Source: a virus
Length of the DNA stretch: 64,000 nucleotides
Reading direction: 5' to 3' (one strand)
Virus record (IMG/VR): IMGVR_UViG_3300042519_001303
Span: 22,771-86,770 of that record
Both the position numbers and the translations under genes were made by a program. Shown piece after piece: positions 18,271 to 28,100 of the stretch. The stretch's first letter is position 1; each line of letters begins with the position of its first letter. Below the pieces are notes generated by a model. That model searched no databases, was not told the DNA's origin, and saw nothing but the letters and a program-made list of their open reading frames with translations.

Positions 18271-20358
18271 ATGAACCAGTTGAATGGTTGCATGGGGGGC
18301 TTAACGGCCCCCCATGTTGTATCTACAATAGAAGAGTTACAGGAGATTGTAGCTACAATTACTGAGGTAGGGGCGTTTGCATTTGACGTTGAAACCCGAG
18401 GTATTGTAGAACGACATTCTGATGTTATGGCTTGGATTGACCAGGAATGGGAAACACACGCTACAACTATTAAAACAACCTCTGAAGATGTAATTGCCCG
18501 ATCAAAAGAAATCCTTGTAAACAAATGGGCAAATACTCTTGCGTTAGATCCAATGCGTAATGAAGTCTTTTGGCTTGGTCTTGCTACAGAGGGGCATTCA
18601 TGGGCAATCCCAATGGGGCACCCCAACGGTGAAATCATTATCCCCGAAGAACGTGGCGATGGTTCTACAATCCCACCAAGTGGTTACCGTAAACTCCTGG
18701 CTAATGGTAAGGAGTCAATGGCTAAGGGTAGGTATTATATCCCAGCAGTGTTTTCCCCTGCCCCGGAACAGCTGTCTCGAACTGAAGTTTTTAAGGAACT
18801 TGAACCCATATTCTTTGGTGATCTTGTTAAGGTCGGACATAACGTCAAATTTGACGCAAGATCTGTTCGTAAGTACTTTGATAATGAGTTGCCAGAAGGT
18901 CCATTTATTGACACTATGATTGCTCAGCATATTCTTAATGAGAACCTATCAGAGTACAGTCTTGACAAGCTTATAGCTCACAACTTTGGTGGGTTTAACC
19001 CTTACCATCAGGACGGTAAGCTTGGTGCAATAATCACTCAGGTTCCTTTTTCAAAAGCAACAAAGTATGTGCACCTAGATGCCAAATGGACATGGCATTT
19101 GTACAAAATTCTTTGGCAGAAGATTCAAAACAAAGAAGAGTTGTTGTCATGTCTGCGCCAAGACATGGAAGTTATCCGTGTGCTTATGGAAATGGAAGAT
19201 ACAGGTATCCCTGTTGACCATAGATCTATGAAGAAGTTAGGTGTTGAACTAGACAAAAATCTAAACAACCTGCTTCTAAATATGATGGACTACGCTCCCC
19301 CTGGATTTAACCCAGATAGCCCCAAGCATAAACAACAACTGTTGTTTACTAAGAAGCGAGAGGGGGGTCTTGGTCTAAAGCCCACCAAGTTTACAGAAAA
19401 GGGTTCAGCCTCAGTAGACGAAGAAGCTTTACACAACCTTGAGGCCAAACACCCAATTGTTCCAATGTTGATTGACTGGGCAGAAACAAAAAAGGTCAAG
19501 TCAACTTATGTTGATGGTTTGCTCACAAAGTTAAACAAAGGCTCTCTACATCCGTCCTTCCACTTACACAGAACTGCTACGGGTCGTTTGTCCTCAAGCA
19601 ACCCTAACTTACAGAACATCCCAAGAGACAGTAGCGTTCGTAGTTTGTTTGTGGCCACTCCAGGAAACGTTTTGTTAGTAGCTGACTATGACCAGATTGA
19701 ACTGCGTGTCATGTGTATGTTCTCAGGGGATAAGAAAATGAGTGAGTTCTTTCTCAATGGCGATGATATTCACTCTGGAGCAGCTGCTCTTATATTGGGT
19801 AAACCAGTTGAGGAAGTTACTTCAGAAGAACGCCAACTTGGAAAAGGCGTTAACTTCTTAACTGCTTATGGTGGAGGCCCTCAAAAACTAGCAAGAACAA
19901 CTGGCGTTGATGAAGAGCATGCACGGTTTGTTATTGACCAGTACTACAAGCAGTTCTCAGGAATAACTAAATGGAAGAAGTCCATCATTGATGAGGGTAT
20001 AAAAATGGGGTATGTAAAAACTATCTCAGGTCGTCGTCGTAGACTTCCTGATTTACGATCAGATGATTACATGTTACGTTCTAGAGCAGAGCGTCAGGCT
20101 GTAAATGCAGTAGTACAAGGATCAGCGGCTGATATCTGTAAGAAAGCAATGATTGACGTTTATGAAGTACTCAAGTACACAGACTCTAATATAATTGTTC
20201 AGGTTCATGACGAACTAGTGGCCATGGTTCCAGAAGACTCAGTTGACATAATTCAGCCATTGTTTATAAATGCCATGGGTGATGGTAACATTATTAATGG
20301 AATACCATTGAGAGTGTCCTGTCACTCAGCTTATAACTGGTCGGAGGCGAAAGGATGA
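18271..20358 (+). CDS. polA: Family A DNA polymerase (3'-5' exonuclease + polymerase, no 5'-3' exonuclease)
   Basis: ExoI 'FDVET', 'HNVKFD', 'TATGRLSSSNPNLQNIP', motif A 'DYDQIELR', motif B 'K.VNF..YG', motif C 'VHDE'. Confidence 0.95.
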   Translation: MNQLNGCMGGLTAPHVVSTIEELQEIVATITEVGAFAFDVETRGIVERHSDVMAWIDQEWETHATTIKTTSEDVIARSKEILVNKWANTLALDPMRNEVFWLGLATEGHSWAIPMGHPNGEIIIPEERGDGSTIPPSGYRKLLANGKESMAKGRYYIPAVFSPAPEQLSRTEVFKELEPIFFGDLVKVGHNVKFDARSVRKYFDNELPEGPFIDTMIAQHILNENLSEYSLDKLIAHNFGGFNPYHQDGKLGAIITQVPFSKATKYVHLDAKWTWHLYKILWQKIQNKEELLSCLRQDMEVIRVLMEMEDTGIPVDHRSMKKLGVELDKNLNNLLLNMMDYAPPGFNPDSPKHKQQLLFTKKREGGLGLKPTKFTEKGSASVDEEALHNLEAKHPIVPMLIDWAETKKVKSTYVDGLLTKLNKGSLHPSFHLHRTATGRLSSSNPNLQNIPRDSSVRSLFVATPGNVLLVADYDQIELRVMCMFSGDKKMSEFFLNGDDIHSGAAALILGKPVEEVTSEERQLGKGVNFLTAYGGGPQKLARTTGVDEEHARFVIDQYYKQFSGITKWKKSIIDEGIKMGYVKTISGRRRRLPDLRSDDYMLRSRAERQAVNAVVQGSAADICKKAMIDVYEVLKYTDSNIIVQVHDELVAMVPEDSVDIIQPLFINAMGDGNIINGIPLRVSCHSAYNWSEAKG

Positions 20359-20813
20359 TCATGGCTTCAAACCCAGTAGAAGAACGCAACTTCTATCTGA
20401 CTCTATCTATATTGGAGGGTCAAAAGTTAGCTCACGCTGCTGGTTTTTCTGTACCATCCCCTGATGTTCAACAACATGAAATTATAGATACCATGCAAAA
20501 ATGGTTTGTATTGTCTAATACCGGCGTATTACACCATTTAAAAGAGTGTGCATCATGGATGATCACTGTTCTTAGAGAAAATAATGACTTTGACGAAGCT
20601 ACATTAAAAGCAACTGAAAATATTATTACATCATTTGGTGTGGCAACCATTGCACATCTAATAGATCAAGATATAATATCCATTGATGAAACAGCAGTAG
20701 ACCCATCGTTTACCGAAAAAACTATGGAATCTTTAGTTGGATTGATGCTTGCAGCAGCATTAGATGATCTAGACTATGACGAAGACGAGGAGGAAGACGA
20801 GGACTATGAGTAG
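20355..20813 (+). CDS. Hypothetical protein with acidic tail
   Basis: Coupled ORF in replication operon. Confidence 0.55.
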   Translation: MIMASNPVEERNFYLTLSILEGQKLAHAAGFSVPSPDVQQHEIIDTMQKWFVLSNTGVLHHLKECASWMITVLRENNDFDEATLKATENIITSFGVATIAHLIDQDIISIDETAVDPSFTEKTMESLVGLMLAAALDDLDYDEDEEEDEDYE

Positions 20814-21210
20814 TGATTGGTGGTCAAAAAAACTAAGTGGAGACAAACCATCTCCGTCAACTAACCGTAGCTTTAACCCAGTTATACCTCCTACCTCTGG
20901 TGTCATTAGATTCCCACAACCAGTAATACCTCAACAAGGTCCCGACGAACCACAACGAGTTTTACGCCCAGATTTAGATTCACAAGCACAAATTACAATG
21001 GGTGAAGCGTTAAGACTATGGAAGGGTGGAGAAGCTGCCAAGAAACAAGGGGACGTTACTTGCCCTGAATGTGGTAGCCCTAACGTATTTACACGAAGTT
21101 CTAGAGCAGCAAGTACAAGTATTCAAGGTAAGTCACCAGCACCCAGATGTTTTGAATGTGGCTGGAATGGTATGTATGACCAAGCTTCCCAGAGTTCCTG
21201 GGGCGTCTAA
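20806..21210 (+). CDS. Zinc-ribbon hypothetical protein
   Basis: CPECG...CFECG; precedes recA. Confidence 0.6.
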   Translation: MSSDWWSKKLSGDKPSPSTNRSFNPVIPPTSGVIRFPQPVIPQQGPDEPQRVLRPDLDSQAQITMGEALRLWKGGEAAKKQGDVTCPECGSPNVFTRSSRAASTSIQGKSPAPRCFECGWNGMYDQASQSSWGV

Positions 21211-21224
21211 CAAAAAGGAAACAA

Positions 21225-22244
21225 ATGCGCATTGATGCAACACGCGAGAGCCTTGATTCAATCATCTCCGCAATCAATAAAAAGTACGGCGAAAACATAA
21301 TTGTCCAAGGTAATCAAGTCAAAGAAGAAGTACCTCGTATTACTACAGGCATTCTTGCATATGACCTAATGCTTGGAGGAGGCTGGCCAGCAAACCAGTG
21401 GTCTGAGATCATTGGAGATGAATCCTCAGGAAAAACTGCTCTTGCTTACAAAACTATTGCGGCTAATCAAGCAATAGATCCAGACTGGGTAGCAATGTGG
21501 ATTGCCGCTGAAGAGTTTGTACCTGACTATGCCAAAGCAATCGGTGTTGATCTTGACCGACTTTGGGTTGTTGAAACCAACGTTATGGAACAAGTCTATG
21601 ATTTGATTATTCGTGCGATGGAAAACCGTGCGGTTGACTGCATTGTTCTTGACTCTTTACCCGCACTCGTCCCAGGCGACGAAGCAGAAAAAATGATGGA
21701 TGAGTTTACAATGGGGTTAGGTGCACGTCTTACAGGTAAGTTCTTCCGTAAGAGTAGCAAGGCACAGAAACGCTCAATGGTCGTAGAAGATCGTGGTTGT
21801 ACAGGATTGATCATTAACCAATGGCGTGAAAAGATTGGCGTAATGTATGGTGACCCACGCACCACCCCAGGTGGTAAGGCCAAGAACTTCCATTACTTTG
21901 CCAGAGTAGAAGTTAAGCGTGACGAGTGGATTAAAGAAAAGGATGAGCCAGTAGGTCAAACCATCCGTGCTCGTACAATGAAAAATAAGACATACCGCCC
22001 ACAGCAGGTTGCCGTCGTAGACTTCTACTTTTCAGAGGCAAACGGTTTTAAACTTGGGGAATTTGACACTATCAAAGATATCGTAAACATCTGTATCTCG
22101 GTAGAAATCATTACACGAGGTGGGGCGTACTACAATTACAACGGGCAGAAGTGGCAAGGTAAGGAAGCATTACTTAATGCTGTTCGTGAAGATCTAGACA
22201 TGCAAGCAGAATTACGACAGAAAGCTACGGAGTATTTCCTATGA
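21225..22244 (+). CDS. recA: RecA/UvsX recombinase
   Basis: Walker A GDESSGKT, 'IVLDS', 'INQWREKIGVMYGDPRTTPGG'. Confidence 0.95.
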   Translation: MRIDATRESLDSIISAINKKYGENIIVQGNQVKEEVPRITTGILAYDLMLGGGWPANQWSEIIGDESSGKTALAYKTIAANQAIDPDWVAMWIAAEEFVPDYAKAIGVDLDRLWVVETNVMEQVYDLIIRAMENRAVDCIVLDSLPALVPGDEAEKMMDEFTMGLGARLTGKFFRKSSKAQKRSMVVEDRGCTGLIINQWREKIGVMYGDPRTTPGGKAKNFHYFARVEVKRDEWIKEKDEPVGQTIRARTMKNKTYRPQQVAVVDFYFSEANGFKLGEFDTIKDIVNICISVEIITRGGAYYNYNGQKWQGKEALLNAVREDLDMQAELRQKATEYFL

Positions 22245-22570
22245 TGTTTGGTAGAGAAGAAAAGCGTTCAATAATGAAAGCTTCTAAGAAGCAAGAGAAC
22301 CGTTCTGCAAAAATATATAAGGGTAGCCGTAATGCAGGATCAGGTTCAGGTTGGATGCGCAAGAATGACGTGCGTACCCATGAACTTCTTATTGAAAATA
22401 AACTTACAAATAATGTTAAATCATACTCAGTTAAATCCCAAGAGCTGGTAGAGTTAACACAACGTGCAGTACTAGAAGATAGATTACCGGTTTTGCAGTT
22501 TGATCTTGGTGGTCGTCATTATGTAGTACTAAACGAAGCCGACTTCCAAATGCTTATTGGAGAACAATGA
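22241..22570 (+). CDS. PD-(D/E)XK nuclease, Holliday-junction-resolvase-like
   Basis: 'E.R.A...GSGSG...K.DV....LIENK'. Confidence 0.7.
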   Translation: MMFGREEKRSIMKASKKQENRSAKIYKGSRNAGSGSGWMRKNDVRTHELLIENKLTNNVKSYSVKSQELVELTQRAVLEDRLPVLQFDLGGRHYVVLNEADFQMLIGEQ

Positions 22571-22743
22571 ATAGGTATGATCAGTCAAGCTTAATAGAAT
22601 ATGGTTTATCTAAAGAAACAGATCAACCAGATTGGCAAACTATTGCCAAGAACCTATATGAAGTTATTCAACAAGGTACCGAAATGCCTGTTCATATAGG
22701 ATTACAATACATAGAAGACTACATTAAGGCGACTCGTGGATAA
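22567..22743 (+). CDS. Small hypothetical protein (58 aa; not in track)
   Basis: ATGA overlap with the preceding gene; MNRYDQSSL...KATRG. Confidence 0.45.
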   Translation: MNRYDQSSLIEYGLSKETDQPDWQTIAKNLYEVIQQGTEMPVHIGLQYIEDYIKATRG

Positions 22744-22865
22744 TACACCAAATGTTGAAAAATTGCGTAGTGATTGTGAACACTTAGCAAGAATTATTGC
22801 ATCAATGTACAACTGGAAAAATAAGAGTGTTGAAGAAATCATCGCTGCTTTTCCAAAGGAAACAA

Positions 22866-23735
22866 ATGACTGATACCCCGTGGTACACAAAGAACTACAA
22901 AGACTTAGCCAAGGTTAAGGGAAGAATCCTCCCAGCAATTCAAACTCAAGTGGCTCTTAATAGCAAAGAGCGCAATAGCACTAGAGACACAGAACATCTA
23001 CACCCATCAGAACTTTCCAAAAAAGACTGGTGTGCCAGAGCCGCATGGTATAAAATTAAACAACACCCTGCGGCAGATGAATCACTAGCTTTTAGCCGCC
23101 TTAACATATTTGAGGAGGGCCATGCGATACATGCAAAATGGCAAAAGTGGATTCAGCAAGCTGGCATTCTTGGTGGCACCTGGGAATGTGAGGCTTGTCA
23201 TGAACGCTGGGAAGGCGTTTCTCCTGAGTGTTGTCCTGTTTGTTCTAGTGATGCCTTTCGCTATCGGGAGGTACCTGTACGTAACGATGCACACAGAATA
23301 CTCGGTCACGCGGATGGAGAAGTTGTGGATGCGGATGGTAGAGCCCTTATTGAGATAAAAAGCGTAGGGTTAGGAACTGTTAGGTGGGACCACCCAACTC
23401 TCTTTAAAGCCTACTCAAGTGGAGAACTTACTCTTGATGGACTTTGGAAGAACATTAAAAAGCCGTTTGCTTCGCACGTTCGACAAGGCCATGTGTACAT
23501 GTATTGCACAGGGCATGACAGTATTGTTTTTATTTACGAGTGGAAGCCCACACAAGAGGTAAAAGAGTTTACGGTAAATTACCAAGAAGAAATTATGCAA
23601 CCAATACTAGATAACTGCAAGACAGTTATGCATCATTTAGAGGAAGATACTCTTCCTGATACACCAGATTGGGCTTATGACAAAAACTCTAACGGATGCA
23701 AGTTTTGCCCGTATAAAAAGGAATGCTGGAAATGA
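22866..23735 (+). CDS. Cas4-like PD-(D/E)XK exonuclease
   Basis: 'HPSE...C', 'GH.DG...EIKS', 'Q..VY', C-terminal 'CKFCPYKKEC' Fe-S motif. Confidence 0.85.
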   Translation: MTDTPWYTKNYKDLAKVKGRILPAIQTQVALNSKERNSTRDTEHLHPSELSKKDWCARAAWYKIKQHPAADESLAFSRLNIFEEGHAIHAKWQKWIQQAGILGGTWECEACHERWEGVSPECCPVCSSDAFRYREVPVRNDAHRILGHADGEVVDADGRALIEIKSVGLGTVRWDHPTLFKAYSSGELTLDGLWKNIKKPFASHVRQGHVYMYCTGHDSIVFIYEWKPTQEVKEFTVNYQEEIMQPILDNCKTVMHHLEEDTLPDTPDWAYDKNSNGCKFCPYKKECWK

Positions 23736-24229
23736 GAGTAATACCCAAAGTTGAAGATGAAGGCCCAGCACTTACACGCTTTAAAACTAAATTTACGTTA
23801 CCAACACGACCATCAGACTCTCCACCAGACTTACCTAATGATCTAGATGATATGGATGATAGAGATCTCATGAATGTTTACACAGAGTTTATGGCATGGG
23901 TGTCATACCTTAAAGGCCAGTTAGTCCAAGCAGAGATTGAAGAAGATAGAGAGGGTAACCAATGTCGGGTTACAGAGGCAAGAGTTTTAATAGAGCAATG
24001 GGGAGCAGATGCCAAGGGGGATCGCGTTACTATCGCAAAAGCAAAAAGAGATGTAGATTCCCGCGTCTTGTCCCAACAAGAGAAATACCAAGTTTCTAGA
24101 GCATACAGAAAGTTATTAGAAGCACTGTTTGATTCATGTGAACGTGGAGCACAATTGCTTTCACGCGAACTTAGTCGTAGAATTGGTTTGCACAGTAAAG
24201 AACAACGTACATCAAGATTTGGAGCATGA
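23732..24229 (+). CDS. Helical hypothetical protein (possibly UvsY-like recombination mediator)
   Basis: Coiled-coil character, 'LSRELSRR' ending, recombination-gene context. Confidence 0.45.
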   Translation: MRVIPKVEDEGPALTRFKTKFTLPTRPSDSPPDLPNDLDDMDDRDLMNVYTEFMAWVSYLKGQLVQAEIEEDREGNQCRVTEARVLIEQWGADAKGDRVTIAKAKRDVDSRVLSQQEKYQVSRAYRKLLEALFDSCERGAQLLSRELSRRIGLHSKEQRTSRFGA

Positions 24230-24230
24230 T

Positions 24231-24416
24231 ATGCCAACATGGGATGAAATTGGAGCTAAAAACGCTAGAGAAGCAAATGAGCGTATGCGTCAAGATGCAA
24301 ACGCAAGAGCCTCAATTGCGCCAATTAATGAAGTAAACCATACTCTAAAAGAAATTAAAGCCCTTCTTATAGAGATTAGAAATGTAATAAAGGACACCAA
24401 GAATGTCAGCGGCTAA
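24231..24416 (+). CDS. Small coiled-coil hypothetical protein
   Basis: GGAG upstream; MPTWDEIG... Confidence 0.45.
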   Translation: MPTWDEIGAKNAREANERMRQDANARASIAPINEVNHTLKEIKALLIEIRNVIKDTKNVSG

Positions 24417-24765
24417 ACAAAAAGGTACTTCCTTTGAAACAGCTATACGTAAATACCTCAATACCAAAGGTTTTCCTAAAGCATCCCGCACAGTTCTAAA
24501 GGGCGGAGAAGACACTGGGGATATCAATGGTATCCGTAATGAGGGACAAGAACGAGAGCTCGCCATACAGTGTAAAAACCAACGTAAGTTAAGCTTAAGT
24601 GGCTGGTTAGATGCTACAGTAGAACAAGCAGCTAGGTTAGGAAAATCAATGCCTGCCTTAGTTGTTAAACGCGCTGGTAAAGGCGAAAAAGCATTGGGTG
24701 ATACATATGTTGTGATGAGGTTAGATGACTTCGTTACACTGCTACAAGAGGGTGGTTACTCGTAA
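24403..24765 (+). CDS. Holliday junction resolvase (Hjc-like PD-(D/E)XK)
   Basis: 'KQKGT.FE', 'D.GDI', 'IQCKN', 'P.LV.KR'. Confidence 0.75.
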   Translation: MSAAKQKGTSFETAIRKYLNTKGFPKASRTVLKGGEDTGDINGIRNEGQERELAIQCKNQRKLSLSGWLDATVEQAARLGKSMPALVVKRAGKGEKALGDTYVVMRLDDFVTLLQEGGYS

Positions 24766-24809
24766 AATTAAAGGGTTGATAATAACCCTTTAACCATATG
24801 GAGTAACTT

Positions 24810-25091
24810 ATGTCACAAGATAATGTAGACGATATTGTAAAAGTTTCCGGTAGCAGCAACCCACAGAGTGTTGGCTCTATCGTAGCCCGAGCGGTCATTG
24901 CTGGCCAGCATCCAAAGATGCGTGCTATTGGCGCAAGTGCCGTAAACCAGGCTGTAAAAGCATGTGCTATTGCACGTGGGTTTGTCGCACCAAGGGGTGT
25001 TGACCTGTGCTTTGTCATTGGTTTTGATGACATTGAAGGGGATAACGGAGAGACCATCTCAGCTATCGCTTTTAGACCTGTCGAACGATAA
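24810..25091 (+). CDS. spoVS: SpoVS-family (Alba-like) nucleic-acid-binding protein
   Basis: 'KVS..SNP.SV', 'AIGASAVNQAVKA.AIARGFVAP.G.DL...F.DI' closely follows the SpoVS consensus. Confidence 0.88.
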   Translation: MSQDNVDDIVKVSGSSNPQSVGSIVARAVIAGQHPKMRAIGASAVNQAVKACAIARGFVAPRGVDLCFVIGFDDIEGDNGETISAIAFRPVER

Positions 25092-25154
25092 TACCCCTGT
25101 ATAAAGTGGTATTATTGTTTATCTTGTCTTTCACTATTTAGGAGACCCCCCACC

Positions 25155-28100
25155 ATGGCAGCAAAGAAAAAAGGCGCATCTGACAAAGATCCAGCACCTA
25201 AGAAAACAACACCTAAAAAACCAGCAGCTAAAAAAGAAGATACTCCTAAAAAAGAAACAAAAAAGAAGATTGGTGAGGGAGTTTCCCTTCCAAAGAGCGA
25301 GCGAGCAGTTTCAAACAACGCTCGCGCCAATATGTTGAGGCTTAAAAAAGAAAAGGAAGATCAAGAAGCATTACTTTTAAGTAGTGGTGTTTCCGCTCAG
25401 CAAGCTTCTGATGCTGCCGAAATAGCTAGACTTGCCCAAATAGAAGCCTTGAAGGGTAGTAGTGTTGTACCTGAAAGAGCTGCACTAGATGAAGAAGACG
25501 CAGCTTTTTCTGAATTAACAGCTAAAAGAGCTTTAGAAGATAAAGCAAGAGAACTCAGTGCATCTAAGCTTTCAAAGGGAAATAAAAAGACTTATGGTGG
25601 TAGAACTGCCTTTAGAGCTCTTCCAGAAGCCAGAAAAGCCAGTATTATGGCTGCTCGTGAAAATACACGTAAGATTATTGAAGCGGTAAAGCCTGCTCGT
25701 AGAGGCAGAGAACAACAGGCAGCTGAAGACGCAGTTCTTGCAGACGTCATAGGTGATACAGACACTTCTACTCTTGTTCCCCCTGGTGAAAATAAGCGTA
25801 GACAAAGAAGCCAAGCACGAGCTGCAGCAGGAACCACTAGTAACAGGTCTCGTACAGTACGCCAACAGCGGGCTGTAAGCGCCAACGTTCCTAAGAGAGA
25901 TAATACTGCTAAACCTGTTAGCACCACACGTATAGACCCCAAAAAGTTAAAAAGAGTACCAAGGGATCAGGCTGAAATTGACAGGGAAATACAGGCACGT
26001 AAAGATAAAGCTGCAAGCAAATCTCGTGTTGCAGGAGCTGGGTTACCTTTAAATCAAGTTGAAGGTATTGATGATAACGCTATGGGTAACGTAGCCACAG
26101 CAGATACTGCATCTAGAAACTTTAATAGAGAAGGGGAGGTTACTGAAGTAACTCGCCCTTCAGCACAAGAATTGAGTGTTGCTGGAATCAGCATTAGTTC
26201 TGATAGATTAAATAGGCTTATGTATGGTGACCCACAGGGTACCAAGTCAGAACGTTTGCAATCGCAAAACTTTTGGTCACAACATCCGGTAGAAAGCTTT
26301 TTTCACCCAGACGCTGGAAATGTTGATGCATTAAAACTGGCTCATGAACGACCTGATTTGCTAAAGCCAGAAAACAGAGAAGCTGCAATAGCAGAAGGTA
26401 TTAGCCCTGAGTTACACGAAGAACTTGGCAACTTAACTCCTGAAGAACGTCATATTCGTTATGAGGACGCCGCTGCTAATGCTCCAGATAAAAACGCTTA
26501 TGATAAATTTACATCAGTAATTGCACAGACATATAAAGAAGCCCGCCAGGGAACTCGGGGATCAACAAGGGTAGCTGGTATAGAAGCAGAAAAACCAATT
26601 GAAGGGTTAAGCCATGAAAAAGCCACAGAAATGGCTTATAAAGCTGGACTTGCAGAGATACAAAAATTCCAGACAATGAATAATAGGGGAGCACTAAATA
26701 TTTCCGAATCTATTAAGCGTTTAAGAAGAATAGAAGAAGAAAATTTAGTTACTAAAAAAGATGTTGCGGGTGAGTCGGAACAAGTAATAGACCCAAAACA
26801 ATTTGAAGGCCTAGACACTGCGGACATTAGTGCCTTAATACTAGGTGGGCAAGTGCGTACTACAGCTGCTCCACTCAATACTGTTTTGAGTAGACAATTA
26901 TTTGTAAAAGGCGCAGCTCCAGGAAAAGACAAGCCTGATGAAAGACCTGTTAGTGTTAAAGGTACAGCCGCTCAGGGTCGTTCAGTACTTTCTGAAGGAA
27001 TGCCTGCAAGACTACAGCAGCAACTTAGAGATAACCCAGTTAAAGCCCAAAGACACCTTGGTAAAATTGCCAGAGAAGCAACTGGTTCTAGCCTTGTAGT
27101 TCCTCATAACCCCATAACTGGTAAAAGCTATGGTGACACCATACAAGGGGCACACTTTATAGAAGACCCATATACCGGCACTTTAGCAAAAGTTAATATG
27201 CTTGCTGGAATGCAAACAAGTGCTATGGACCAGTTTGGAGAGCTGTCTACTCTTACTGAAGACCACCCCAGCTATGATCCAAAATTGCATGCTCAACATA
27301 TTGGCGCCCATGTTCTTAAAGTAGACCCAGACAAAGCATTTTTAGCATCTCATGCTGACGACGAAGAATCTGATAACGAAACATCTGTGTCACTCCACAG
27401 AAAAGTTACTACAACTGATTCAACTAACTCTAGACATCCTAATTTGCCAACTCTTGCCGGTGCAATAGGTGACCAACACCTTGAAGGTGTTCGAAAATGG
27501 CAAGAAGCTGGTCTTCGTACAAACCCAAGTGTTAAAGAAGAAGCAGCAGCAGATCCTTACATGGATGTTTCTAGCGATGAAACTGGCGAAGCAATTAAAA
27601 GACACACAGCTGCAGCTCTTGGTTTAACTGATAGGCCCTCTCAAACAATGCGCACAGTTAATGGTGTTACTTTTAATACAAGAGGACCAGTTATACCTGG
27701 AAGAATCAGCCAGATTATTTCCGATAGAAGAGCACTTGATACTTCTGCAGCCGAATCAGCTGCTGGTGCTATCAACGATCTCTCTGAAGGTGGCACTGCT
27801 GCTAAAGCAGACACCGTTACGGATATGCCATACAAAACTGCACAACAGCAGGCATGGTCTGAAATAAATGCTAGACAAGACGAATCAGCTGCTAAAAGAA
27901 AAGCTGAAGATACTACCTATGATTCTGATATGTCTGACTATATAAAAGAAATGGAAGGTTTTGACAAAGAAAATCCAGGAGTTGTAGCACGAGAAGATCT
28001 TGAACAAAAAGCTAGTTCAATAGCTGGTCTTTCAAAAACTATTGCTAATAAGGCGGTACAGCACATTACTTCTGGGGCTTCTCCAGAAGCAGTGGGGCTT

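Noticed and set aside
18271-22244. Inteins or introns in polA, recA or dnaB
   Set aside because: Lengths near normal; no C/S...HN splice motifs or LAGLIDADG blocks seen
22866-23735. Cas4-like gene as a sign of CRISPR-Cas
   Set aside because: No cas1/cas2 or repeat-spacer array; stand-alone Cas4-like exonucleases are common in phage recombination modules
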